Below are positions 27,051 to 40,580 of a stretch of DNA of 64,000 nucleotides, in pieces; position 1 is the first letter of the stretch; each line of letters opens with the position of its first letter. Both the position numbers and the translations under genes were made by a program. The stretch is taken from assembly GCA_951406725.2 (NCBI GenBank), contig OX597814.1, forward strand, positions 43,586,001 to 43,650,000. Reading direction: 5' to 3'. The notes under the pieces are model-generated. The model was not told the origin of the DNA. It was given only the letters and a program-made list of their open reading frames with translations, and ran no database searches. This DNA comes from Octopus vulgaris. Lineage: Eukaryota.

Positions 27051-27963
27051 AATGTATGCTGTACATTCCAGGTGTTTTGATAATGTATGTGACTGATGAT
27101 ATTTTATCATTCTCAAACAACCCATTATTAGGAAAATTTACCTAAATTTAGTCCTACATTCAGATTTTACTCTTGCACATTCTGGTTATCTTTATATCTA
27201 GATGGTTATATCTGAATGTTATTAACATTTCATTGTAAAGTACATTTTCATACGTAAGGAATGAACCTATAATCAGTACACACTTTCTTCGTAGTTTTCA
27301 AAGAAAGTAGCCTTGATATCCTTGTCTCTGTAGACTGACATTTAGTAAGCCATGGCCTCTTTGACATTCTTTGAGGATACTTTTACTGTTGCTATTTCAT
27401 ATTGGTGGAACGAATAGACACTAACCCTATCATGATTTTAGATGTATTATTTTTATGATTAGATATATTAGTCAAACCAAAGGTGACTAATTGAATCTTC
27501 CAAGCTATAATTAATACAATAATATATTCTGCATCATTTTTACATATCCCCCGTTATTGTGTGAAGGTGATCACGTTATACTGCTACTGAAACTTCTTCC
27601 GTTTAGGTTTCTCAGGCAGTAATGTGAATTATTTTTCTCGGGTATAAGCACTTACCTATTTCTAGTTTTTTTTTTTATAATGTTGTTCCGTAGCTAACCA
27701 AGGATTACCATGGTATTTTGTAACTAAATGCTAATCTGGGATTATTATGTATTCTGTAGCTAATCTTAGATCAGCTTCTAACTTTATTGTAATCTCCGCT
27801 GCTATTTTTTTGCAGCTCCCATCTTCTTTGTCTCATTGTTTGTAGTTGACAGCCGCTTCTCGTTTATTCCCTGCTTTGTGACGATATGCATTAATTATAA
27901 TTGATTATAATTAATACATAATAATTATCCAGTTCTATATTTTAGAGATGAAAAATTATGTAT

Positions 27964-28226
27964 ATTATTTACATTATTTACATTTGACAGATATTCTTCC
28001 TCATCTTGTTTGTTATTAACACAACGCGTCGGCTGATATACCCGTCAGCCTTCTGGTTAAGAGCGCGGGCTGCCAACCCCAAGATTGAGGATTCTATCCC
28101 AGAGAGTGACTTGAACATTTCTTCAAGGCACCTGATGAAGGCTGGAGGGTATATCAGCCGAAACGTTGTGTTAACAACAAGCAAGATGAGGGCAAATATC
28201 CGTCAAATGGAAATAACCTAAATAAT
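27964..28226. mobile_element. Fold-back element: ~90 bp inverted arms, tRNA-like spacer, canonical hammerhead
   Basis: Arms 27964-28053 and 28137-28226; spacer TGGTTAAGAGCGCGGGCTGCCAACCCCAAGATTGAGGATTCTATCCC. Confidence 0.8.
28127..28172 (+). ncRNA. Minimal type I hammerhead ribozyme
   Basis: GGCAC-CUGAUGA-A-GGCUG-GAGGGUAUAU-CAGCC-GAAAC-GUU|GUGUU; intact core, 5 bp stem I, 5-6 bp stem II, palindromic ACGU stem III. Confidence 0.8.
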
Positions 28227-28465
28227 GATAATTATCACTGTTCTTTAATGGATAATTGTGCAATGTTATAGCAGACAGACATAATATTCTTTCAAAGGCC
28301 ATAACTTCTAACTACCAGTAATCACTATACACCAGGTAAATATAACATAATTACGGTAAAGATTAGTCTATGTTCTGTTTTTTTATTTCTCTAGTTTTGA
28401 TAATTCACTACGCCACAAAATGAGAATATTGTTAATATATTGTGAATTGCCCACGCAGAAAATTA

Positions 28466-28670
28466 TTTTCTACTCTAGGCACAACACCCGAAATTTTGGG
28501 TCAGGGAGCCAATCGATTAGATCGACCTCAGTACGCAACTGGTATTTAATCTGAGAAAGGATGAAGGCAAGGTCGATCTTGGCGGAATTTGAACTTAGAA
28601 CGTGAAGACAGACGAAATGTCACTAAGCATTTCGCCCGATGTGCTAACGTTTCTGCCAGCTCAACGCCTT
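28466..28670 (-). mobile_element. SINE family B monomer (tRNA head + Deu/Nin-like central domain)
   Basis: Minus strand AGGCGTTGAGCTGGCAGAAACGTTAGCAC...GTTCAAATTCCGCC..GCCTTCATCCTTTC..tail TTGTGCCTAGAGTAGAAAA. Confidence 0.85.
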
Positions 28671-29809
28671 GCCCACGTAGAATATTGATGGCTATACACT
28701 AACATTTGGGGATTTCTTTTTTGGATATTAGTTTCAGGTGTCTATAAATTTCTTACATGTTTGGGTTTTGCACTATCCGTAAGTCATTGCTTCTTGAATA
28801 TTTGTAAGCCCATAAATTGTGAAATTCGCTGTTTTCTTCTTATGTATCCAAAATGGTATTAATGTTCTTTATTCCTTACCCTCAGATCAAAATTTCATAA
28901 TCATATCCATTCTAACTGCTCATCATTTGTAGCGTGGCTCATCAACGTTGGTTATCACTGGTTACCATGCATATAAGAATCCAATTTGTTTTATGAGCAT
29001 GATTACAAAAGTCAGCAGTGAAGAGAAATAAATTCACAGTGATTTCCTTTCGAATTATATTCATCTGACATACATGGATTAACTTTGTATCATTCTCTCA
29101 TTTACTTGTATCAACAGAATAGCCTGTCATTTATCTTGATATCTTTCGACCATTTGTTCTTTCTTGGTATAAATTTACACACCTCTCTTGCCTCCACAGC
29201 TCCTCAGTTTGTTCTTGTTAGCCATAATCTATTACATGAGCTTGTTAAATTTTTTGCCATATAGCAGATGATAACATATCCTCTGCGATATATATTTTCG
29301 TTCAGGTTTTGTAAACTGTCGGAATTCTGATTATAGTTGTGAAATTTTAAGTTTATTGTGGTTTGTTTGATCTTAGACTTTGATTTTCTTTTACTTCAGT
29401 GAGAATTTCGTGTGTTTACCCCACCAACTTCAATGTCTTTACAAACATTGCCACAAGCATTCATTTCTTAAGTAATCGTGTTTTATGTGATTTCTTGACA
29501 CCCTACAATCTATGCCAAAAAATTGTTACTTACCTGTATGGTACAGAAATTTTCATTTGTCTAAATATTTCGCCTTATTCTTTCTAAATTGTTTAAGATT
29601 GTGGAAGAACTCCTACAGTTTGTTTGTTTTAATGGAGATGCATTTTGTCTTTCACGAAACAGATTCTTTGAGAATTAGAGCTTGTTTACATGTGTACTTT
29701 GATTTTAGCTGCTTCTATTTATATCATAATTTTTTAATATATGATTTTGCTACTGAAAGAATTTCTACAATCCTTTTGGTTGCCTCTTTTAATGCTTTAT
29801 ATGACTAGA

Positions 29810-30252
29810 TGGCGCAGGAGTGGCTGTGTGGTAAGTAGATTGTTATAGCGCAGGAGTGTCTGTGGTAGGTAGCATGCTTAACAACTACATGGTTCCGGGT
29901 TCAGTCGCACTGCGTGGCACGTAGGTCTTTTAATATAGTCTCGGGCCGACCAAAGCCTTGTGAGTGGATTTGGTAAACGGAAGCCCATCGTATATATGTA
30001 ATATATATATGTATGTATGTATATGTGTGTGTTTGCGTGTTTGTGTGTCTAGCTTTGCCCCCGCCCCCCAACATCGCTTGACAACCGATGCTGCTGTGTT
30101 TATATCCCCGTAACATCGGCAAAAGAGACCGATAGAATAAGTACTAGGTTTGCAAGGAATAGGTCCTGGGGTTGATGTGCTCGACTAAAGGCAGTGCTCC
30201 AGCATGGCTGCAGTCAAATAACCGAAACAAGTAAAAGAGTAAAAGAGTAAAA
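29810..30252 (+). mobile_element. SINE family A with duplicated 5' end
   Basis: GCGCAGGAGTG occurs twice (29811 and 29848), followed by the normal body and tail. Confidence 0.9.
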
Positions 30253-33200
30253 GGGATGTACGTCACACACTCAAACACCTGTGCGCACACAATCACAAAC
30301 AGAAAACCTGCAGTTTCCAGATTTATTGTTTATTGATTTTGAAACTGCATTTTCATTTCCATCTCTAGAGATTTCCTGTGCTAGAGCATTTGAAGATCTT
30401 TTGTTTTTTCTAGGTCTTTTTTTGTGGTGGTAGCGATAGTTAGTTATTTCTATATTTTGAATGTTAGCTTCTTGACAACAATACTAAGAATTTTTTATTT
30501 CATATCCTGTATACTCATTTTATTTGAACATTTTTTTTTGCTATTCGTCGTGATTTTTTGGACAGCATTACGATTTCCATTACTTAATCTCGTTATGATT
30601 TCGTATTTACTTAATATATGTGCACATATAATGGCTATCTCTAAGCTTTCTATGTTTTATTGATGTTGCATGCGATTGTGGAGTATTTTTTCGTTATTTG
30701 TGTAATTGTTATATATTCTGTAATTTCATTTATGCAGCTTCGAGAAGGCGTGGGTTTTAGTTAGATATTCTGCACGGGTCGAACGCAATCTTTTGTAAAG
30801 ATGGAGTGTGACTGGATTTATGCATAGAAAATAAGAACGCATTCGTCTTATGCTGTCTTGTAATTTTCTTTGTTGTATTTGCGTGAATTGAGGAGTAAAT
30901 TCAATACTTTATGTTTATCGTTACGATTTTCCTTGAATTTTATTTTGTGGTACTTCATGGATCCCATTTTAGGTAGTAAACATAATAGGATGAACATTTG
31001 TAATGCATTAATTATATGTATGAAGATTTGCTTTTCCTAAAAAAAAATATGTATACATACACCTCAAAATTTGAATTTGTTGGAAAAAGAGTTTGTACAC
31101 CTTGAAAAAATCTGTTCAGTTGACATGTATAGACAAATACAAGCATTTAAGAGTATGTACAGGATTAGCAAATTTGTTTTGAAGGTTACGAAGGTAAATA
31201 AACGATACACAAGTATTCTCTAAAATCCTTATAGCTTCCTGGATTATTATCGTAATGGAGTTTTTATCGTAATGGAATTTTTCCTGTGTTATTATCGTAC
31301 TGAAGTTTTCTAATTCCCCCATTCCTGTGAACCAGCCGAATATACTCTCGATGTGTTTCATAAAACACTTGTTATCGTAATGTTTCTGGACTGTAACCGT
31401 TCAATTAGGGGCATTTTCTTGACTAGCTAAGAGATTACGTAAATGATTTTGTGTGTGTGTGTGAGAGAGAGAAGTCTGATGGATTGTGTTTCGTTCCATT
31501 TTAACTAACATTTGTTAGTAATTTCTGAGCCATTAAATTCCTGATATTTAACTGCTATTCGAGAGATCTTGAAGGAGCTTATCTCACAAAATCAGGGACA
31601 AACCTGAAAAATTGAAACTAGCTTGACTGAGTGTGTTAAAAATTTAGGCAGCAGACATACGAAACACCATAACAGATTTTTGTGCGGCGCCATGGTAGGA
31701 ATTCATCAGCATTTGTAAAATATCGGAGAAGTGTCCAAAAAAAAAAAAAAAACACTGTAAGAAGCATTGTATTATAACTGAATGCTATTAGATAGCTCGA
31801 CTCCAATGAGCGTTTGATGTGCTCACATATTCGTTAAACAGTAAAATCACATCATTGCTGTACGGAAACTTTTTGATAGCATTCTGTAGATATTTATTGT
31901 TGGTACCAACTTAATCACGAATAATAATTCTCATGGAAACATGTATGCCGATAGCTATTAAGCGCTTACTGTAATCTATTCATCTCATACTCAAACCTGC
32001 CATTTTCATACACATTTTGATTATGATAATGCTGATCAGTATATGATCTTTGAAGTCATGCGATTACTTGATTCATTGATTTGTCTCTTCTAAAAAGAAT
32101 TTTCACTGGTTTATTTGTGCTTTGGAATATTATTGCAGGTGTGTTTTCTGAGTTGAAGCCCAACGGTTTGTGTTTCACAAAGGTCAATCCCTCTTTTTAG
32201 ACTATCATGTTATTTGGCATTTAAGGACATTCTTTCCGGTGTTGTTTCCTATGAGTTTTTTCTTAATTTTTCATATGTTGAGTATTTTCTTCTACGCGTT
32301 TTTTCTTCAAATAGTTTTAGTCGTATGACATTTTGTCACTGAGTTCGTTATGGTTTGTTTTATTTGCTTTTATTTTCTGTCACATTTTGTATGTATCCTT
32401 TATATGTTGTTTGTGAGATATGAGAATATCAAAGGAAATACCCACTTTCTTTTATAAATGCAAGATCTTACTGCATACATCGTTTTGGTTAACCTGTGTA
32501 ATATTGATGTTCCTGCATGTTTCCATTAAATCTCTGATGCACAGGTTTGCTTTTTACGTTCTGGTTGCTATTTAACTGTTGAATTTCGTACTTGGAACGT
32601 ACTTTGCTTGATCCATAAAAAGATCTATGGTTTTAGTTATTTAATTATTAACAACTCTAGATTGACATGTTCATGATTTCTATGCTTAGAATTTCCAGCT
32701 TTTAAATCTTTCTTATAAAATCATTCTTAGTATATTTGTTTTCGTTTTTGCGCTCTAGGAGTCAGATAGCTTTATCGTTTACATATTTATTTTGTTTTTC
32801 ACACTTTACATCTAACTTCACTTTCAACGTATTTAGATTTTGTTGTTCGTTTTCCGTTTGTGATTTCTTTTAGTTTTGCTTTTATTTTCGGTATTGTATT
32901 TCAATTCCTGGTTATTTGTTTCAGTTTGAGAATATACATTCTGAAGTTAGTTTGCCTACTCAAATTTAGTCTGGCTTTGATTAGAATTATTCCACCTGAA
33001 AATTTATACATATCTCATATCTCATGTAATTGGAGACCTGGGCAAAGCAAAGTTGAGAAGAATGCATGGAGAAGGTATTCTCCATTCAGACCTATATTTT
33101 CGTACTTGTGAAATTTTAGTGAAGACCGGCATTTATCAAATATTATTATTTGTAAGTTCAAAGCATGCCAGATTGTTTTCGTTGATATTTAAATTTGCCC

Positions 33201-33264
33201 ACTCTAAATTTCGAATATCTGTGCGTTTGCATGTGTGTATGCGAGTGTGTGCGCATGTGTACGC

Positions 33265-33311
<47 letters not shown>

Positions 33312-34392
33312 TGCGCGCGTTATGTGTGTGTGTGTGTGTGTATTCGTGCATATTGGCATATGCAAAGTTGGTTCAATTAATATTGAACTAATCATTGAGA
33401 TAAAATTTATATTGCTTGTCGAAATGACAGGAACACCAATGTCTTTTTCGTGGTAAATGCAACAAATTGTAAACACAACAAATACAGATAATTTAACTCA
33501 TAATTTTATAGGGTGACATAAATAAATGTCTAAATAAACCAGTTTTCCCAATTTATTATTTACACATTTTTATGTGTGAGGCTTACTTTTTTAAGAGATG
33601 TCATCCCTATTCGTAGAATGTGACAAGGAATTAAGAATGTCTGGTTTAGCAGTGAAAGCATTGATAGAATTTCGTTGGTGGTGCATAGAGGACATGCTTA
33701 AGTATTTTTATGATGTGTGCTTAGCTCTCTGTTAGTAGTAAAATTAGTTTGAATGTTTGCGACTTGATTGTTGAAGTGTAGTGGTTCTACATGTATATTT
33801 TGCGTAAATCTGAGAGGGCAATCATCTTTATATGCCCATTACATCTTGTCTACAGGATGAAAGAAGCCCGCCATAGTGCGGTATAATGCGTGCATTTCCC
33901 TCTGTTTTCTGACTTATTTTGTGTCTTTCCGTGTCGATGTTCTCATGAATACCTGCGCAAATTCACATTTCTTGCAGTAAATTTTATGTTGATGTGGTTA
34001 TATTTAATGGAGACTATTATTTGGGAATATAGTACGGTTGCGACATTTGTTTTATTGATGTTGTTAATTATTCTATGTAGTGTGCATTGCTATGGTTTTT
34101 GTGGATTCATCTGAATACTTTACGTCCGTGTAATTCTGTATTTTTATAAATTTTACCGCCACTTGATAAGAAATTCCTTTTCATTTATTTACCTATTTGA
34201 CTTTTGGTTCTTTTGTATTTCTTTATTACACTAAAAATTTTGCTTTTGGTTTTCTCTTATTAGACATATTTGTATGTTGTCTTCCTAAACTAACTCTCAT
34301 TTTTTGTTTTAAGTAGTAAAGTATTCTTGGAAATTTCAAATTGATCTCTGCATCTGATGCCTTTCTAACTCTATGCAAGGAATGTAAATTTA

Positions 34393-35670
34393 TTGGGTTG
34401 GAAACTAATTCCCGCCGTTTCTTTTTTTAATTTGAATTTTTAGAACGCTTTAATAAAAAGTAACAACTAATTAATCAATAATGTATTCAGACTTGCTGCT
34501 TGCAACTTCTTCCCAACGTTCAATAAGATTTTCAATACCTCGTTGTGAGAAATCACCCGATTTCGACTCGAAAAATTGATCCAACCAAGCTCTCAATTCT
34601 GCATCAGTATTAAACGAAACTCAGCGCATAGCATTTGAAAGAAACCGAAAGAGGTGGAAATCCGTTGGTGCCAAATCAGGAGAGTACGGCGGGTGTGGCA
34701 GCACTTCACAGCCATGTGTTTGAATGACTTCCTAGGTCTTATTGGCGATATGAGGGTGGGCGTTGTAGTGCAGAAGAAGAACACCATGCTACCGATTATG
34801 TCTTTTCTCTTGAATAGCTGTGTTGAGTCGTTCCATCTGTTGAACATGGAGTTCTGCGTTGACCGTTTGGTTCCGTTCAAACAATTCGTAATGGATAATC
34901 CCTTCCCAGTTCCACCATAGGCACATCATCGTTTTACGCGAATGAAGATTTTCTTTCACGCGCGGTCTCGTTTATTTACCGGGGCTAAGCCATTCCTTTT
35001 GCTGCTTCATATTGATGTACAAGCACCATTTTTTGTTGCCAGTAACGATTTGGTAGAGAAATCGTTGCTTGTGTCCATGAGTTGAGCGGTGACGAGCGAG
35101 CAAACCAGCGGAGATTGTGGCTCGTTGATTTTTGTTGTTGCCACTTAAAGCATGCAGAATCCATGTTCCATAATCTGAACCTTACCCATCGAGTGAAGAT
35201 GCTTCTCTATAGCAGTGTGAGAACATTCCATTTTCTCTGCCAGTTCCCTTGTTTGACGAGAATTTTCGTGTAAAATTTGGTTTAATCGCTCTTCATCGAA
35301 TTCACCAGGACGGCCAGTACGAGGTGCGTCTTTGAGGTTAAAATTAGCATTTTTTAACTTGGCATACCAATCACGACCGTTTCTTTTAGCTATTCACTGC
35401 ACAAATGACACGAACAGCTTTTGCGGCCTCAGAACCTCCATTAAAAGCAAAAAGGAGGTGTCAAAAATGCTCCTTTTGCTAAACTTGACATTCCATTTTA
35501 ATGATCTCAAAATAAACAAACATTAACTAAAATTAACAAGAAAAGAAAATCAAAATAGACTCTAAAATGATTCAAAGATAGAATTCTGGAAAGAATATAG
35601 ATTCCAAAATTTAAAAACCCAATAAATTACAAAACTTAAAAAATCGGCGGGAACTTAGTTACCAACCCAA
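34393..35670 (-). mobile_element. Full-length mariner transposon with degraded transposase
   Basis: TIRs TTGGGTTGGAAACTAATTCCCGCCG / CGGCGGGAACTTAGTTACCAACCCAA with flanking TA on both sides, 1278 bp; motifs IVTGNKKWCLY, WLSPGK, YSPDLAPTDFHLFR. Confidence 0.93.
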
Positions 35671-36094
35671 TATATTATATTTGGGCGGGTCGTTTTAGAA
35701 AGACGTTACTCATTTTCATTTATTTAGGCTGCTTAAATTCTCCATTTCTCATCCATCTTCTGTTAAAATTCTAGTTTATAACTTGGGTAGATAGTATATT
35801 CATAACTTATTTCTAGCATAGCGTTCTTACTTTAATATTTGTCCATTACTTCTCTCGTAATATTTTCTCATTTTGTTTCTTATTTCTATTGATTGTAAGT
35901 TATCAGTTTCATCTAGTCTTCAGCATTTGTATGGTTGCTTCAAATATAATTCTAGGGTTTCGGTGCCAGTATGTAACTACAAGAATTCAGTTCTTGTTAA
36001 TTTGCTTTTGCTCTTTTCTCAGACGCTATTCATGTTCCTTCTTCTTCTTCGTCTTAGCCGTCTTCTTGCTTCTTAACAAATATTAATATAATAA

Positions 36095-36100
36095 TAATGA

Positions 36101-36136
<36 letters not shown>

Positions 36137-36280
36137 CATTATTAATATTATTATTATTATTATCATCATCATCATCATCACCATCGTCGTCGTCGTCGTC
36201 ATCATCATCATCATAATCGCCATCATTTTCAACACCATTATCACCATCATCATAAACTACAGCAGCATCAGCAGCAGCAT
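36095..36280. repeat. Compound (TTA)/(TCA)/(TCG)/(GCA) trinucleotide microsatellite
   Basis: Seen directly in the sequence. Confidence 0.9.
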
Positions 36281-36616
36281 CCTTATGGCTGTAGATCTGC
36301 GGAATCTTTAAAGTTTAGGAGAAAAATAACATGAGGTAGATATATATTACTCCGCTTTCTACGTTCGAATATTATGAAGGTCAACTTCGTGTTTGATATC
36401 TATAAGTCAAAATCTCGCCAAGTGCTAGAACTGATTTAATCGATACATCATTTTCTCAAAAATGTTGACCTCGTTCGATATTAAAAACATTTGTAATGTT
36501 TTCGACAATTTCATGCGAGATTCTTTTGTTTAATCTGATGCAACACCGTGCAACACCGTGTTCCTGAGTTCTGTGTAGTATTGTTTTAGGATGTAGACAC
36601 ATTCTTTTATCTTATA

Positions 36617-36813
36617 CATGTTTCAGTCGTTCGGCTGCGGCCATGCTGGGGTACAGCTTTGAAGAATTTTTGGTCAAATTTATCGACCCTAGTACTTATT
36701 TGTGAAAGAGCTGGGACAAAATTTATCGTCCTTTCTTGCCGAACCCGCTAAGTTATGGGGAGCATAGACACATCAAAACCAATTGTCAAGCCATGGTGGA
36801 GGAGACACCATAG

Positions 36814-36815
<2 letters not shown>
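36617..36815 (-). mobile_element. Diverged SINE family A, 3' half
   Basis: TGTTTCAGTCGTTCGGCTGCGGCCATGCTGG...TCGACCCTAGTACTTATT...GCCGAACCCGCTAAGTT. Confidence 0.75.
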
Positions 36816-36866
<51 letters not shown>

Positions 36867-37088
36867 TAGATAAACTTAGATATGTTTCGACCAATGATTG
36901 GTCCTGGCCATGTCTAACTTAATACCACCACCTGATAGGATTATTTGAATCCCGTTTAAGTCAAGTTTTGTTTACGGTCCATTCAAGTAGTGAGTTTTTG
37001 TTGGGTGAGTTGTATCCAATTATGGGTGGCTTATCTGGTATTCCTTGAAGGAATCTATCCAGACTCCGTTTAAAGTTGATGGGATCCT

Positions 37089-37197
37089 ACAGTAACCATA
37101 AGAGAATCACAGCAAACCACAGCACATACACAAGACACACAGACTCACATAGCTGCGATCGGTAGTGAAGGGAAAGCACGTTATAAAAATAAAACTA

Positions 37198-37200
<3 letters not shown>
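37089..37200 (+). mobile_element. Dong/R4-like 3' UTR-only fragment
   Basis: Matches 38172-38275 (CACAGCACATAC..GCTGCG.TCGGTAGTGAAG.GAAAGCACG.TATAAAAATAAAACTACTG); followed by (TAA)n. Confidence 0.85.
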
Positions 37201-37266
<66 letters not shown>

Positions 37267-37294
37267 TATAATTATAATAATAATACTAATGATG

Positions 37295-37373
<79 letters not shown>

Positions 37374-37375
37374 TC

Positions 37376-37586
37376 ATTTCTACTAGAGGCACAATGTCTG
37401 AAATTTTGGGGGACGGGACAAGTCGATTACATCCACCCCAGTGTTTGACTGATTCTTAATTTATTGATCTCAAAATGGTGACAGACAATGTTGACCTCTG
37501 TGAGATTTGAACGCAGAACGTAGTGGCAGACGAAATAACGCTAATCATTTCGCCCGGCGTGCTAACGATTTTGCCAGCTCGCGCCG
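37376..37586 (-). mobile_element. SINE family B monomer
   Basis: Colinear with 28466-28670. Confidence 0.8.
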
Positions 37587-37603
37587 TAACAACAACAACA
37601 AAT

Positions 37604-38272
37604 ATAACAAGTAACTGCAGAATATGTGGAGATGGACAAGAAACAATAAATCATATTATCTCTGGCTGCCCAGTCCTGGCTAAGAAGGAATATATTCACA
37701 GACATGACAGAGTTTGAACCTACATACACTGGAAGCTATGCCGACATTATGGAATAACAACAGAAAAAGATGGTATAGGCACACACCAGAAAAGGTCACA
37801 GAAAACGAGAAAGCAACCATACTCTGGGATATGCCGATACACACAGATAGAGAAATTAAGGCCAACAGACCAGATATAGTTGTTAGAGATCATGAAAAAA
37901 ATGCTTTCTAATTGATGTATCAATACCGGCAGATGACAACGTATCTCTAAAAGAAATGGAGAAACTTTCAAAATACAAAGACCTGGAAATAGAGGTACCC
38001 ATAATGAGGAATCTAAAAACAGAAACAATTCCTATCATAGTAGGTGCATTAGGCATGATAAAAAATATTCAGACACATACATAACAAAAACACCAGGACT
38101 TATAAACACATATAACATAAAGAACATTGCACTACTAGGCACTGCACACATCCTACGCAAAACACTTTCCATACAATAAGATCAGAGCATCACAACAAAT
38201 CACAGCACATACCTAAGGCACACAGAGCTGCGCTCGGTAGTGAAGTGAAAGCACGCTATAAAAATAAAACTA

Positions 38273-38275
<3 letters not shown>
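37604..38275 (+). mobile_element. 5'-truncated R4/Dong-like retrotransposon, frameshifted
   Basis: CRICGDGQETINHIISGCPVLAKKEYIHRHDRV; ILWDMPIHTDREIKANRPDIVV; KLSKYKDLEIE; 3' UTR then (TAA)n. Confidence 0.92.
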
Positions 38276-38346
<71 letters not shown>

Positions 38347-38356
38347 CAACAACAAC

Positions 38357-39150
<794 letters not shown>

Positions 39151-39151
39151 A

Positions 39152-39540
39152 TAACAAGAGCAATCAGAGACCGCAAACCTCTGAGAAGGCAACACCAACG
39201 TCTTCTCAACTATTAGCCGGAGGTGATTATTAAAACGAGAATATCTGAAATAAACTCGACGTCTCTCACAAGTGAGAATACTATAAATGAACCCGACAGC
39301 TCTGAAAAATTAAGTAAAAAAAAAAAAAACAGGATAAATAATCCAGAATCCTTGTCCTTTACCTGATCGATCCCCCAATCTAAACAGTTCCAGCTAGTCA
39401 CGAAAAACTAAACATCCCTGAAAGTTTCACCCGAAACCATCCAGCGATTCTTAAGATATCTTGTCCACAGACAAACTAACAAACAAGTAAACAAACACGA
39501 CTGATAAAAATACCTTAGACTTCGCTAAAGCAGAAGTAAT
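39152..39540 (+). mobile_element. HINE/DINE-like non-autonomous Helentron-associated element
   Basis: AACAAG start, AAAGTTTCA..CCATCCAGCGATTCTTAAGATATC core, ACAGACAAAC(AAAC)n tetranucleotide tract, terminal hairpin-like CTTCGCTAAAGCAGAAG. Confidence 0.55.
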
Positions 39541-39549
39541 AATAACCCG

Positions 39550-39944
39550 CTCTACTAGAGGCATAAGGCCTGAAATTTAAAGCGATGGGACTAGTCGATT
39601 ATATTGACCCCAGTATTTCACTCGTACTTAAATTACCGACCCCGCAAGGATGAAAGCCAATGTCCACCTCCGCGGAATTTGAACTCAGAATGTTGCGACG
39701 GGCGAAATACCTATTTCTTTATTACCCACAGGGGGCTAAACACAGAGGGAACAAACAAGGACAGACATAGGTATTAAGTCGTTTACATCGACCCCAGTGC
39801 GTAACTGGTACTTAATTTATCGACCCCGAAAGGATGAAAGGCAAAGTCGACCTCGGCGGAATTTGAACTCAGAATGTTGCGACGGGCGAAATACCGTTAA
39901 GCATTTCGTCCAGCGAGCTAACAATTCTGCCAGCTCAACGCTTT
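39550..39944 (-). mobile_element. SINE family B dimer
   Basis: Two tandem units of about 183 bp (GGAATTTGAACTCAGAATGTTGCGACGGGCGAAATACC at ~39674 and ~39858). Confidence 0.88.
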
Positions 39945-39945
39945 A

Positions 39946-40038
<93 letters not shown>

Positions 40039-40397
40039 AAGAAGAAGAAGAAGAAGAAGAAGAAGAAGAAGAAGAAGAAGAAGAAGAAGAAGAAGAAGAA
40101 CGTTTTATATGTATAAAAGCAGTAGGCTCATTGCCAAAGTTATAGAGGGCGAAACCACAAAGAAATTATCGCTTCATTAGTATTACCGTTCAATTATGAT
40201 AAGTATTGAGAATTACATCAACCATAACGTAACGCCTATGAACGGTTTTGTATGAAGAGAATGCCAATTGAGTAACTCAGAACGTTTCCTTGAAATATAT
40301 GTATTATATCAACAGAGCGTGCTGAATACATCGACTTCAGTTCGATTTCACTAGTCAGAATCTTGGGTAAGTGAGAGAATTTGATAACGGCCGTATG

Positions 40398-40401
<4 letters not shown>

Positions 40402-40468
<67 letters not shown>

Positions 40469-40497
40469 GAGATAGACAGATAGATAGATAGATAAAG

Positions 40498-40580
<83 letters not shown>
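40402..40580. repeat. (TA)n(GATA)n microsatellite
   Basis: Seen directly in the sequence. Confidence 0.95.
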
